A stretch of 64,000 nucleotides of DNA from Akkermansia muciniphila (GTDB lineage Bacteria; Verrucomicrobiota; Verrucomicrobiia; Limisphaerales; UBA11320): assembly GCA_945861575.1 (NCBI GenBank), contig CAMAVD010000002.1, positions 6,667 through 70,666 of the forward strand, written 5' to 3'. Shown here in pieces: positions 37,101 through 45,741 of this stretch. The translations under genes and the position numbers were made by a program. The stretch's first letter is position 1, and each line of letters begins with the position of its first letter. A model generated the notes under the pieces. That model was not told the DNA's origin. It saw only the letters and a program-made list of their open reading frames with translations, and searched no databases.

Positions 37101-37780
37101 CAGTCGTCTTCGGGATCGTGATATGCCTTTTGATACGCGCCCTTCGTGAACGTGCGCGGCTCCGGAAAGTCGGGTGAGCCAATCGCTGCGTTGACACCCC
37201 ACAAGTCTCGAAACGCTTTCGGTGCGATGCGGCCTGGCTGCGTCAGTCCCTTCGAGTTGCCCTTGCTCATGTAGAGCTTGCCGTCGGGCGCCCAGTTCAA
37301 GCCGTGAAGCCCGTGCTCCAAGTTGCCGAGGTCGGTGAAAACTCGGACATATTCATCCGCCTCGTCGTCGCCATCGAGATCGCGCACGACGGTGAGGTCC
37401 GGCGCGTTGGCCACCCAGAGATCACGTCCATGCCAGGCGAGTCCCTGGATGGCATTGAAGCCAGTCGCGAACGTTTTCGTGCGATCCGCTTTGCCATCGC
37501 CGTTGTCATCAAGGACGAGCACAACGCTGTCGCCCGGCGTGTTGGGCTTGGGATTGCGATACTGCGGTCCCATGCCGACGCAAAGACGGCCCTTCGCATC
37601 GAACGTCATAGAGCACGGCTGCCGCACCAGCGGTTCGCGCGCGAAAAAGGAGACCTCGAAGCCGGCTGGCACAGTGGGCAATGCGTCGCGGTCGGCATTG
37701 GGGTCGTTGAAATTAGCGGAATGACCGGCATCGACGATGGCGAGCCACGCGAGAATGCAGACCGGGTGACGAATCTTCAT
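34124..37780 (-). CDS. Giant secreted fusion: PVC-type dehydrogenase-like propeller + HEAT repeats + degenerate cytochrome c domain + DUF6807/PmoA-like domain
   Basis: 1218 aa. Signal peptide; N-terminal FEVSFFAREPLVRQPCSMTFDAKGRL...DDNGDGKAD; HEAT-like middle. The heme-domain consensus reads GCFNCNRL instead of CxxCH. The C-terminus RPYFANVHAPGG...DHDTMHPGIWLAFGEIGGADFW matches DUF6807. Confidence 0.8.
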   Translation of the reverse strand: MKIRHPVCILAWLAIVDAGHSANFNDPNADRDALPTVPAGFEVSFFAREPLVRQPCSMTFDAKGRLCVGMGPQYRNPKPNTPGDSVVLVLDDNGDGKADRTKTFATGFNAIQGLAWHGRDLWVANAPDLTVVRDLDGDDEADEYVRVFTDLGNLEHGLHGLNWAPDGKLYMSKGNSKGLTQPGRIAPKAFRDLWGVNAAIGSPDFPEPRTFTKGAYQKAYHDPEDDWGREGGVLRCDDGGRNLDPPLHRGVFFINDWLRKTTFVWRPRWDGALLRSVGDWEPFVQGGPSLFRPTDLEVGPDGALWILGWSSGYGAEYKDGQMTSEGRVFRVVSKSSPPARWQTLKRSKPIAQWTVAQLVEDFDGPLPVWRSDAQDELVRRGASVKTELLTTLATRGLNEARETWTAWTLGRMTPQDRIIDEWFETKLADSAGTLNLRVQSLRILAHRVRQWGVGRELPASAVNVVYSAEPRLRFEAAQAIGQARQHSALPALLEWLAAEGDATTFYAAWQTLRGLQGAQAIKPLLTDARNGVRKAALLALLEAHSLQETEVRPLASDRDSGVREVAALWIRKASGGGEAAVVRGRPLDALGSDTTPPIVRVGLARNIKARSGARYTLAPAGLRAGAKPYTDRNYDLKQVPAALVGLDFIQTANNDDGSRGDGWLGFEALMPVRVHVAFDARAAAVPSWLREHFQQSTQSIRADHWTFHLYTRQFPAGRIELGGNTDDGQDGGKGNYLVVLEPLPLSTPTTPSATEPALALLNQGDRARGEWLFHARGGVGCFNCNRLDEHGNGFGPDLAALGDRATAWHIVQSMLEPNAVITEGFNLQNVETADVEYSGILIEESGLSLTLGLATGQRQVIPKSEITSRKTAATSAMPAYDTVLTPPCVADLAAYLLAQKSGAPSIVRTDSSAPSTKPSDAGRFESLVTPPVWPKGDGFRFSESANRLVIAHSSQPLAEFVFRDEKILRPYFANVHAPGGLKTTRNHPPIPGVDATDHDTMHPGIWLAFGEIGGADFWRNKGRIVHGRFSQPPGLENGALRFTTESVLLRADGEKLASLTSRFALMEKRGAWHITWESAFTPVSDGFYFGDQEEMGLGVRVATAITEKNGGVITSSAGLKTAKNTWGQPAAWCDYSGVINGKHVGVMIVPDPANPQPSWWHNRDYGAFVSNPFGRQAMKQGTLSRIEVKKGDIYRLNHTIILHASPDAKAPELPGFLK

Positions 37781-37925
37781 AGCTTGAATAGTTGCCGCGC
37801 ATTGCCACTAAGAATCTTCGCCTCGGTGGCGGCGGGTAGGTTGAGACTGCGGAGAGGGGCACCGCAGCTAGGGCGGAGCCGGCGGTGGCAAGAAAACGGC
37901 GACGGTTGAGGAATTGGGGGTTCAT
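37777..37925 (-). pseudogene. Ghost gene: Tat leader plus amidohydrolase-type C-terminal tail, interior deleted
   Basis: Frame 1 from ATG 37925: MNPQFLNRRRFLATAGSALAAVPLSAVS (Tat leader, similar in DNA to the leader at 39168). A second frame reads ..LNLPAATEAKILSGNARQLFKL-TGA, an amidohydrolase-2-like tail. Its TGA overlaps ATG 37780 of the giant gene. Confidence 0.5.
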
Positions 37926-37956
37926 GGATCTGGCATGCAGGTTCGGGAACTACTCC

Positions 37957-39168
37957 CTAAACCAGCGAAAGGGGATGGTCTCGCGTTTGCAGCGGCAGGG
38001 TGACGCGGGCCCCGCCACGACGATGGGATTCAAAGACAGCACAAAGCATTTCGATTGTCGTCCTGCCTGCCGCCGCGTCGCAGAGAGGAGCACGGTTTTG
38101 CTCGATGGCTTCGATCAGATCCTCGCCGGCGGCCTGATGACTGGCGATGCGCGTGGCGAGATCAGCGATGGTCTCAGATCGATCAATCCCCGCGCTGGTG
38201 ATTGGCACCCACGGGTCGGTTGCGGCAGCCGGGTTGTGCGGATTGCCGCGTCGAAGGTGGGCGAAAGCTTCCTGGTCCGGCCGGAGATGGATGAGCCCCG
38301 TCGTGCCGATGAACTGAAGGCCGAATCGAGACGCTTTGTCACCACGATTCTGGATGGAGTCGAAGAAGAGCGCAGCACCGTCGGCCATCTCGAAGCGTGC
38401 GTGGACCGCGTTGCCAGCAATCGGTCCGATGCCTTCGTCCCCCTCGCGGATGTCTTCCCGGCTGCAGGGTTTGCTATTTTGATAAAGCATCGCGCTGCAA
38501 GCCGTCGGCGGACCCGCCAACGATGCGGCAAGATCTAAGAGATGGCTGCCGAGCACCCAAAGGTCTTGCGCGCCGCTGCGGGTGTCTTCCTTTCCCCGCG
38601 CACGGATCTCGAGAAGTGTTCCAATTGCCCCGGCGGCGAGTTGCTGTTTGATGACCGGCAGCACGGGGTGATAGCGATTGCGATGAGCGACGGCGAGTTT
38701 GACGTTCTTGTCAGCGCAGGCGGCGACGATCTCATCCGCCTCACGCGGAGTGCGACAGAAGGGTTTCTCGATGTAAATGCCCCGCGCCCCGGCGACAATG
38801 GCAGCGTGACACATGGCGTGGTGTTGATCGACGTGCCGCGGAGCGATGGAAACGATGTCGGGCTTCGTCTCAGTGAGCATCTTGCGGTAGTCGGAAAAGC
38901 CCTGCACCCCACCCAGCCTCTTGCGCGCTGCGGCGAGTCCAGTCGCATCGGCGTCGGCGACGGCAGTGATCTCTGTCCGCGGAATGCGTTGCCACATGAC
39001 GTCGAGCCCGTGGCCGTAGTCGCCGCGCTGGGTGTGACCGATGACCGCAACATGCCAGTTACGGGCTGCCGCAGCGGTGACGGTGAACGGCGAGGCCAGC
39101 CTGGCGGCGGCCAGGGCGGAGCCGGAAGCGGCCAAGAACTGGCGGCGATTGAGGAGTTGAGTTTTCAT
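37957..39168 (-). CDS. Tat-exported Gfo/Idh/MocA-family oxidoreductase
   Basis: MKTQLLNRRQFLAASGSALAAA leader, VAVIGHTQRGDYGH Rossmann start, YIEKPF motif and a C-terminal alpha/beta domain. Confidence 0.85.
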   Translation of the reverse strand: MKTQLLNRRQFLAASGSALAAARLASPFTVTAAAARNWHVAVIGHTQRGDYGHGLDVMWQRIPRTEITAVADADATGLAAARKRLGGVQGFSDYRKMLTETKPDIVSIAPRHVDQHHAMCHAAIVAGARGIYIEKPFCRTPREADEIVAACADKNVKLAVAHRNRYHPVLPVIKQQLAAGAIGTLLEIRARGKEDTRSGAQDLWVLGSHLLDLAASLAGPPTACSAMLYQNSKPCSREDIREGDEGIGPIAGNAVHARFEMADGAALFFDSIQNRGDKASRFGLQFIGTTGLIHLRPDQEAFAHLRRGNPHNPAAATDPWVPITSAGIDRSETIADLATRIASHQAAGEDLIEAIEQNRAPLCDAAAGRTTIEMLCAVFESHRRGGARVTLPLQTRDHPLSLV

Positions 39169-39231
39169 GATTAGCACCTCGGGTCAGGAAACAGAACCAC
39201 GGCTGGGGGAGTTAAACCTTCGGGGATCGGT

Positions 39232-40506
39232 TCATGCGTCTAGTTTCTTGTCAGTGGTGTCGGGCGCCCACCAGATGACAATCAGGCCGAGCAGGTAAAT
39301 GAGCCCGCAGGTCGCGCCGACTTTGGGATACGAGCCGCCCATCGCGGCGAACAACCCACCCGCAGCCAGCACGCCCAGCGCGGTGGCGAAGCGGCCGACA
39401 TTGTAGGCAATGCCGCTCCCAGCGGCGCGCACGCGGGTGGGAAACAGCTCCGGCAGATAAAGCGGCAGCCAGCCGAAGAAGAGCGTGGCCACGAATCCTT
39501 GCGCGAACACGATGGGCAGGAACGAAGCCTGCAACGGAGCGGTCCCGAGAAACATCAACGACGTGAAGACCGTTGCACCAGCGCTGATGATCGCATAGGC
39601 GCGGCGGCGTCCGAGCCACGCGGCGATCTGCGCGCCGAGGAAACTGCCCAGCACCGCGCCCAGCGCCCACCATCCTTGGGTGATGGCCTTGTAGCCCGCC
39701 TCGGTCGCGCCACCGACCTTGTCCGCCCAGGGAATCATCCACTTGCTCGCCGCCCACGCGCCGACCATCGGGATGGAGCCAATGAGAATGCCGATCAGCG
39801 TGCGGCGGAGCAGCGGCGGACGGAAGAGTTCCCGCAGCGCTGATGTGGATCGTGGAGCGGCGGAGCCAGAGCTTTCCCTTTTTCGGCGAGCGTTTCGGGA
39901 CGCCAACCACAGCGGAGATTCCGGAATCACCGTCAACGCGAGCACCCCGAGCACGGCGGGGGCGGCAGCGAGTTGGAAAATCCACCGCCATGACTCCGGC
40001 GTGATGTGCCAGGTGCGCGCGATCTGCGACAGCATGAGAATACCGCCATTAAGCGCCGCGCCCATCAGCCCGGCGATGATCGGTCGCGACTTGTCCGGCC
40101 AGCATTCCGCTGCGAGCGCCACGGCGTTGGGCCACACGCCGCCCACGCCCAGGCCCACCATGAATCGCAGCACGAGCATTTGCTCCTGTGTTTTCACCAA
40201 CGCGCCCAGTCCGGCAAACACGGAGTAAAACAGAACGCTCACACCGAGTGCGCGGGTGCGACCTATGCGATCGCCCAGGCTGCCAAGAAAGATTCCTCCT
40301 ACCGCTGCGCCCAGCATCAGCGCCGCGGTGAAGCGCGCGAACCAGTCGCCCCCCAGAGTCGGCGTGAAGGCGTCGCCGAGCAGGCTCTGCGATACGGAGA
40401 GGGATGCCACGGGCATCAGGCCGAGTTCCACGCCGTCAAACAGCAGCCCGCCGATTGCCGTGAACAAGACGACGTAGCGGGAGGATCTGGAGAGCGAGTG
40501 GGTCAT
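39232..40506 (-). CDS. MFS transporter
   Basis: Real start MTHSLSRSSRYVVLFTAIGG at 40506 (ATGA overlap with the upstream gene). 12 TM-like segments and a GDRIGRTR loop motif. The track's 659-aa version adds an Arg/Pro-rich shadow frame. Confidence 0.85.
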   Translation of the reverse strand: MTHSLSRSSRYVVLFTAIGGLLFDGVELGLMPVASLSVSQSLLGDAFTPTLGGDWFARFTAALMLGAAVGGIFLGSLGDRIGRTRALGVSVLFYSVFAGLGALVKTQEQMLVLRFMVGLGVGGVWPNAVALAAECWPDKSRPIIAGLMGAALNGGILMLSQIARTWHITPESWRWIFQLAAAPAVLGVLALTVIPESPLWLASRNARRKRESSGSAAPRSTSALRELFRPPLLRRTLIGILIGSIPMVGAWAASKWMIPWADKVGGATEAGYKAITQGWWALGAVLGSFLGAQIAAWLGRRRAYAIISAGATVFTSLMFLGTAPLQASFLPIVFAQGFVATLFFGWLPLYLPELFPTRVRAAGSGIAYNVGRFATALGVLAAGGLFAAMGGSYPKVGATCGLIYLLGLIVIWWAPDTTDKKLDA

Positions 40507-41444
40507 TGAGACTTGGACCACGGGCGTTGCGTTTCGATGGCACGGAGGATGGCACTGTTGTCGAGCGTGCCTAGGCCGAGTCGTTCGGCGAGTTCCAGCA
40601 GGTCGCGATGTGTTTCGCTCAGAGGTAGGCGTTGTCCGGCAAGGGCGGCGGCCTCGATCATGAGGCGCACGTCCTTCAAGTGCTGCGACAGCCGGGCCTG
40701 CGGCTCGAAGTCGCCAGCGATCATCTTGTCGCCCTTCGTATCCATGACCCGCGAGTAACCCATGCTGTCCCGCAACACGGCGAGCGTTTGTTGTGGGTTG
40801 AGTCCCAGCTTTCCGGCAAAAGCCAGCCCTTCGGCCAGCACCGCCCGGTTCAAGCCCAGAACCAGATTGCTCACCAGTTTCAACTTGGAGGCGCTGCCCC
40901 AATCCCCGACGTGCTGAACCTTGCTCGCGAAACACGCGAACAGATCGTCGCACTGCGCGATCCCTTCCGCAGTCCCGCTCGTGATCACCAGAACTTCGCC
41001 CCGGCGGACCTGGCTGCTGTTTCCGGAAACCGTGCCCTCGACATAAGCCACCCGATGTCCGGCCAGCCGGTGACCTGCGGCGACGGCAGCTTCCGGGCAG
41101 CCGGTCGTCGTATCCATGATCAGCTGGCCGGGACGAAGATGGGGCTCCAGTTGTTCCAGCACCGTTTGCACGGCATCGCTGTTGGGGAGACTGAGAATGA
41201 TTCGCCGGCAAGAGACGGCCAACTCGGCGAATCCAGCCGTAACGCGCCCTCCCTGACTTACGAAAGTGGCCTGAGAGGCTATGTCGATATCGAAGCCCAC
41301 CACATCGAAGCCGCGCGCGAGGAAACGTTCCGCCATCGCGCTGCCCATGAGGCCCAGGCCAATCAACCCGATCGGCTCCAGGTCGGGAGCCTCTGCCACA
41401 GGGGCAGCAGGAATGGTTTGCAGACCATCGGATGACAAGGGCAT
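40503..41444 (-). CDS. NAD(P)-dependent beta-hydroxyacid dehydrogenase (HIBADH/6PGDH-NAD-binding family)
   Basis: IGLIGLGLMGSAMAERFLARGFDVVGFD dinucleotide fold, GSASKLKLVSN and a C-terminal all-helical domain. Confidence 0.8.
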   Translation of the reverse strand: MPLSSDGLQTIPAAPVAEAPDLEPIGLIGLGLMGSAMAERFLARGFDVVGFDIDIASQATFVSQGGRVTAGFAELAVSCRRIILSLPNSDAVQTVLEQLEPHLRPGQLIMDTTTGCPEAAVAAGHRLAGHRVAYVEGTVSGNSSQVRRGEVLVITSGTAEGIAQCDDLFACFASKVQHVGDWGSASKLKLVSNLVLGLNRAVLAEGLAFAGKLGLNPQQTLAVLRDSMGYSRVMDTKGDKMIAGDFEPQARLSQHLKDVRLMIEAAALAGQRLPLSETHRDLLELAERLGLGTLDNSAILRAIETQRPWSKSQ

Positions 41445-41710
41445 ACCGGGAAGCCTAGTGATCGCGCCCCGATGTGAACATACGAAAAGTGCCGATTCTC
41501 ATGCGGAATCTGTCAGGGTAACGCCGCCATCTGACGTCATCGCCTCGCTTTCAGATTCAGGCTGGGCATTACCCCGCGGATTCAAATTTCCGAAGAACGC
41601 TTGATTGTCGAAGCATTTTTCGCCGGTCTCTTCACGCGAAGAATTTTTGAATGACCGTGCCACCGAATCGGCAGAGCTGTTTGAGGGCGGCGATTGACCG
41701 TGCCGAGGCC

Positions 41711-41929
41711 TTAGTTCACCCACGCGCCGATGCCAGGATCGCCGCCGAAGCGATTGCCACTGTTCATCCTAATCGGAGTTACGGAGGCCGTGGGGTCCCA
41801 TTCAACCCGCACACGCCGACCAAGCGTGTCCACTATGGTAGACGCATCGCCGGTGGCCATTACCGTCGCGACCAGTTTTTCAACCTCACCCTGGGAGTGA
41901 ACGGGGATCCATGCCCTTTCTGATTCCAT
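41711..41929 (-). CDS. Hypothetical small protein
   Basis: 72-aa ORF only. No recognisable motif. The overlapping 41499-41723 ORF is low-complexity. Confidence 0.2.
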   Translation of the reverse strand: MESERAWIPVHSQGEVEKLVATVMATGDASTIVDTLGRRVRVEWDPTASVTPIRMNSGNRFGGDPGIGAWVN

Positions 41930-42075
41930 CCACTACTTCCACAGCATCTTCCGAAGTTTCGTAAGCGAAACAACTCAGGTTTCTAGGATAAACTCCCTGC
42001 GGGACGCGATCACGACAAGGCTGCAACTTTTCTGCATCCGACCTCATTTCTGGAACGTAGTCTCCAAGTAACCGT

Positions 42076-42585
42076 GTGACGAAGACCGCTCAACAACTGA
42101 CTTCCTGCTTCCTGGCCTTGGGGTTAGTCCTGGCTGGCTTGGTGGCATTCAGTCCTGTACTGCATGTCGCCATCGAACATGGCGGGCGTGGCCCGGCCCA
42201 CACCCATGGATGCGGAAATCCCACCATATCGCCTGGTCGGCTCGCCCGCGAAGGTAATCAACGGATAATCAGCACCCACCGGCCATTCACACTTCCGAGG
42301 ATCCCGGTCCGAGCGTTTTTGCAGGCCCTGAGTCGCTTGGCTGAACCATCGACTGACTCCGCAGCCACTGGTTCAGACCCGGCTCCGTCGCCCGCTGCCC
42401 ATGATCATCACAGTCTCCCTCAAACACTCGCCAGTGGCGGACTGGAGCAAAGCCTCGAAATCGTTCTCCGGGAGTTGGGTTTCGCTGGATACGAGTTCCT
42501 GCTTTCCGCTTCCACGCTAGTTCGTCCTAGACGCATCTTTGATACGCAGACCGCCGGTCGCGCTCCGCCTCTGCACTGGAGCTGA
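42076..42585 (+). CDS. Membrane-anchored His-rich hypothetical protein upstream of a TonB-dependent receptor
   Basis: GTG start, one N-terminal TM helix, His clusters (LHVAIEHGGRGPAHTHG, AAHDHHS). No family recognised. Confidence 0.4.
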   Translation: MTKTAQQLTSCFLALGLVLAGLVAFSPVLHVAIEHGGRGPAHTHGCGNPTISPGRLAREGNQRIISTHRPFTLPRIPVRAFLQALSRLAEPSTDSAATGSDPAPSPAAHDHHSLPQTLASGGLEQSLEIVLRELGFAGYEFLLSASTLVRPRRIFDTQTAGRAPPLHWS

Positions 42586-42780
42586 GTTCCGTGGCTCTCG
42601 GCTGGTTGAACCTTTTCCCGTTGGATGTCCCCTTTTGACGCCCATGCGCTTGAGGGAACAGGGGATCTCAACTCGTTGGTTGCGGTGTCAGCTCCCTCCT
42701 CCTGCCGGTCTGCCTTTGTCAACCAAACCAAAATGTGGAGCACGTTTGCGCACTGCCACAACCCTTTGCTCGGCCGACTT

Positions 42781-44976
42781 ATGAAATTTGTAAGAACCTT
42801 AAGTAACGAAAGTCCTGATCGATCCATTTCCCGTCGCTCTCACGCTTTCTTCAATGCAGGAGCATTTGCGCTGGCCTGCTCCATCTGCCAATCCGCTCAG
42901 GCTCAGGAGGCCCCAGGCGCAACCACAACCAACTCCCCGCCAGTCCGACTCCCGGAGGTGGTCGTGCAGGGCCGGGGAGACAGCTTGTTAGGCATCGCCG
43001 ACTCAGCCACTCAGGGAACCGTGGGCGCAGCGCAGCTCGAGCTGCGTCCGATTCTGCGTTCGGGCGAGATTCTGGAGACGGTCCCGGGGGTGATCATCAC
43101 CCAGCACGCCGGAGGGGGTAAGGCCAATCAGTATTTTTTGCGCGGCTTCAACTTGGATCACGGCACCGATTTCGCCACATCGCTCGACGGCATGCCCATC
43201 AACCTGCCAACCCATGGCCACGGGCAGGGTTACACCGACCTGAACTTTGTCATCCCTGAATTGGTGCAGCGGGTGAACTATCAGAAAGGTGTCTATTACG
43301 CGGAAAATGGAGATTTCGCGTCCGCGGGAGCGGCCCACCTCGACACGTTCCGGGTATTGCCTCAGAGCCTGGCGATTCTGGAGGCCGGCACTTTTGGCTT
43401 CGCTCGCGGGGTGTTCGCGTCGTCGCCGAAGCTGGGTGATGGACATTTGCTCTATGGTTTCGAGGCCCATCACCATGATGGACCTTGGAAGAACCCTGAC
43501 GACTACCAAAAGTTCAACGGCGTGTTGACTTACAGTCAAGGGGACGAGAGCCGCGGATACAGCATCACAGCCCGCGGGTATCACGGCCGATGGGACTCGA
43601 GCGATCAAGTCGCCGAGAGTGCGGTCAGCTCCGGGATTGTTCCGTTCTTAGGCTCGTTGGATGACACGACGGGTGGTGACTCCCAACGCTACAGCCTCCA
43701 GGCTGAGTGGCATCGCAGCGACGACCAGTCGGCCACGAAGGTCATGGCCTACGGCTTATACTACGATCTGGATCTGTTCTCGAACTTTACCTACTTCCTG
43801 ACGGACACCAATCGCGGGGATCAGTTCGAGCAGCAGGACAAGCGCTTCGTTTCCGGACTTCAGGCCAAGCATACCCTGTACCACGAGTGGTGGGGCAAGG
43901 AGGTGGAGAACGCGTTTGGCCTGCAGGTTCGCAGCGACAGCATTCGGAATGGGCTGTATCAGACTGAAGCCCGCCGCAGGGTAGACAAAATCGACGCCGG
44001 AAGCGGGGATCCGCTGCCCGCAACCACCCGGCAGGATGATATTTTTCAGAACAGCATCGGCCTGCACTATGAGAATAAAGTCCAGTGGGGGGAGAAGTTC
44101 CGGACGGTGGCAGGAGTGCGGGGTGACCTCTACAACTTTGATGTAACCAGCATTCGTGACCAGAACTCGGGCGATCGGTTGGATGCCATCGGAAGCCCAA
44201 AGCTTAGCTTGGTCTTTGGGCCTTGGGCCAAGACTGAAATCTACGTTCAAGGAGGACTAGGGTTTCACAGCAACGACGGACGCGGTGTGACAACCCGAGT
44301 CGATCCCGTGACCGGCCTCGCAGTCGACGCCGATGGGAACGCAATCCAACGTGCCGATCCGTTGGTCCGGACGTATGGAGCAGAGGTGGGGGTGCGCACA
44401 CTCGCGATCGACCGACTGCAGAGCACGCTGTCCCTCTGGTGGCTCGACGCCGATTCGGAACTCTTGTTTGTCGGTGACGCCGGGGCGACCGAGGCTGGCC
44501 GCCCCAGCCGACGCTACGGGGTGGAATTGGCCAACTACTACCATTTGACACGAGACTTGACCCTGGACGCGGATTTCTCCCTGTCTCACGCGGAGTTCCG
44601 TGACAACGCAGTCGAGGGAGACCGCATTCCCGGCTCCATCGAGAGCGTCGTGGCTGCCGGGATTTCGTATCGGGGTGATTCCGGTTTGTTCGGCAGCGTG
44701 CGGCTCCGGTACTTTGGACCGCGACCACTGATCGAGGATGATAGCCTCCGCTCCGGGGCGACGATCCTGCTCAATGCCCAAGTCGGCTATCAATTCAATA
44801 AGACCTGGACCTTCACCGCCGAGCTTCTCAACCTGCTTGATCGACGCGACCATGATATCGACTATGCCTACGAATCGCGCGTTCGCCCCGGCGATGCCGA
44901 CCCCGCTCGTCCGACGGTTCACTTCCACCCGGTGGAACCGATTCAAGCTCGCTTCGTGCTCACCGCTCGGTTCTAA
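42781..44976 (+). CDS. TonB-dependent outer-membrane receptor
   Basis: ATG 42781 with signal. Plug motifs ETVPGVIITQHAGGGKANQYFLRGFNLDHGTD and a long beta-barrel ending ...LTARF. Confidence 0.9.
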   Translation: MKFVRTLSNESPDRSISRRSHAFFNAGAFALACSICQSAQAQEAPGATTTNSPPVRLPEVVVQGRGDSLLGIADSATQGTVGAAQLELRPILRSGEILETVPGVIITQHAGGGKANQYFLRGFNLDHGTDFATSLDGMPINLPTHGHGQGYTDLNFVIPELVQRVNYQKGVYYAENGDFASAGAAHLDTFRVLPQSLAILEAGTFGFARGVFASSPKLGDGHLLYGFEAHHHDGPWKNPDDYQKFNGVLTYSQGDESRGYSITARGYHGRWDSSDQVAESAVSSGIVPFLGSLDDTTGGDSQRYSLQAEWHRSDDQSATKVMAYGLYYDLDLFSNFTYFLTDTNRGDQFEQQDKRFVSGLQAKHTLYHEWWGKEVENAFGLQVRSDSIRNGLYQTEARRRVDKIDAGSGDPLPATTRQDDIFQNSIGLHYENKVQWGEKFRTVAGVRGDLYNFDVTSIRDQNSGDRLDAIGSPKLSLVFGPWAKTEIYVQGGLGFHSNDGRGVTTRVDPVTGLAVDADGNAIQRADPLVRTYGAEVGVRTLAIDRLQSTLSLWWLDADSELLFVGDAGATEAGRPSRRYGVELANYYHLTRDLTLDADFSLSHAEFRDNAVEGDRIPGSIESVVAAGISYRGDSGLFGSVRLRYFGPRPLIEDDSLRSGATILLNAQVGYQFNKTWTFTAELLNLLDRRDHDIDYAYESRVRPGDADPARPTVHFHPVEPIQARFVLTARF

Positions 44977-44991
44977 TTCCCGCTTCATCGA

Positions 44992-45723
44992 ATGTTCAAC
45001 TCTGTGTCCATGAGCAACGGGGGGGTTCCGCAAGAGGATCCCAACCCAATCTCCGTTTGGACACTGGTCCTGTGGTTGGTGTGCTTCGGCGTGGGTATGC
45101 TCGGCTTCGTGCTTCCCTATGAGCATCCCCGACCACTGGCTCCTGAGGCGGAGCCCGTGGTCGCACAGCACCTGAAAGCGGAGCTCACGCCCCAGCCGCT
45201 CGTCCCACAAGAGACGCCTCCTCCGGCTCTGGAGGTCCTGAGCCCGCCACCTCCGCCGGAGGCGATGAGGCCCGTTCCGATAGTGCGACCGATCGCCGTT
45301 GCACTGCCGACCCCGGCGATCGAGTTTGCGCTGCCCGTTGAGGCTCCGACGCGAATTGTCGCTCTGCCTCGCGCGGAGCATGCGGTGCCAGCCAAGACCG
45401 TGCCGGTGGTTGTAGCGGCCCCAGCTGCCCCAGCCGCCCCACCCGCGCCGAGCGCCCAGCCCTTGATCTTCGGCGAGGGTGAAGGAAAGCAACCGGCACC
45501 GGAGTACCCGCGCCAGGCGGTCCGCCAAGGGCAAGAGGGAACCGTGCTGGTGCGCTTAAAGGTGGATGGTGGCGGGCGGGTGGTGGAGGTTCAAGCCGCC
45601 GTCCCTTCACCGTGGACTTTGTTGAACCAGGCGGCGCTGCGCGTGGTGCGTGAGCGCTGGCGATTCCGCGAAGGACCACAGCGGTCCTATGAGGTAGCCA
45701 TCCGTTTCGAACTCGCAAAATAG
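44992..45723 (+). CDS. tonB: TonB energy transducer
   Basis: N-terminal TM, Pro-rich spacer, and a C-terminal EYPRQAVRQGQEGTVLVRLKVDGGGRV TonB_C domain. Confidence 0.85.
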   Translation: MFNSVSMSNGGVPQEDPNPISVWTLVLWLVCFGVGMLGFVLPYEHPRPLAPEAEPVVAQHLKAELTPQPLVPQETPPPALEVLSPPPPPEAMRPVPIVRPIAVALPTPAIEFALPVEAPTRIVALPRAEHAVPAKTVPVVVAAPAAPAAPPAPSAQPLIFGEGEGKQPAPEYPRQAVRQGQEGTVLVRLKVDGGGRVVEVQAAVPSPWTLLNQAALRVVRERWRFREGPQRSYEVAIRFELAK

Positions 45724-45741
45724 ACCCTCCCTTTCTTGATC

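Noticed and set aside
40507-41211. 659-aa version of ORF 39232-41211 with an Arg/Pro/Gly-rich N-terminal extension
   Set aside because: The extension is a shadow frame lying over the HIBADH-like gene (40503-41444) and has no protein-like composition. The MFS protein starts at 40506 with an ATGA overlap.
41499-41723. 74-aa ORF (MGELRPRHGQSPPSNSS...)
   Set aside because: Low-complexity Ser/Glu/Asn-rich sequence with no motif, overlapping another weak ORF. There is not enough evidence to call a gene.
44257-45718. 425-aa and 177-aa minus-strand ORFs opposite the receptor and tonB
   Set aside because: They are antisense shadows with Arg/Gly/Pro-rich low complexity. The plus-strand genes carry clear receptor and TonB motifs.
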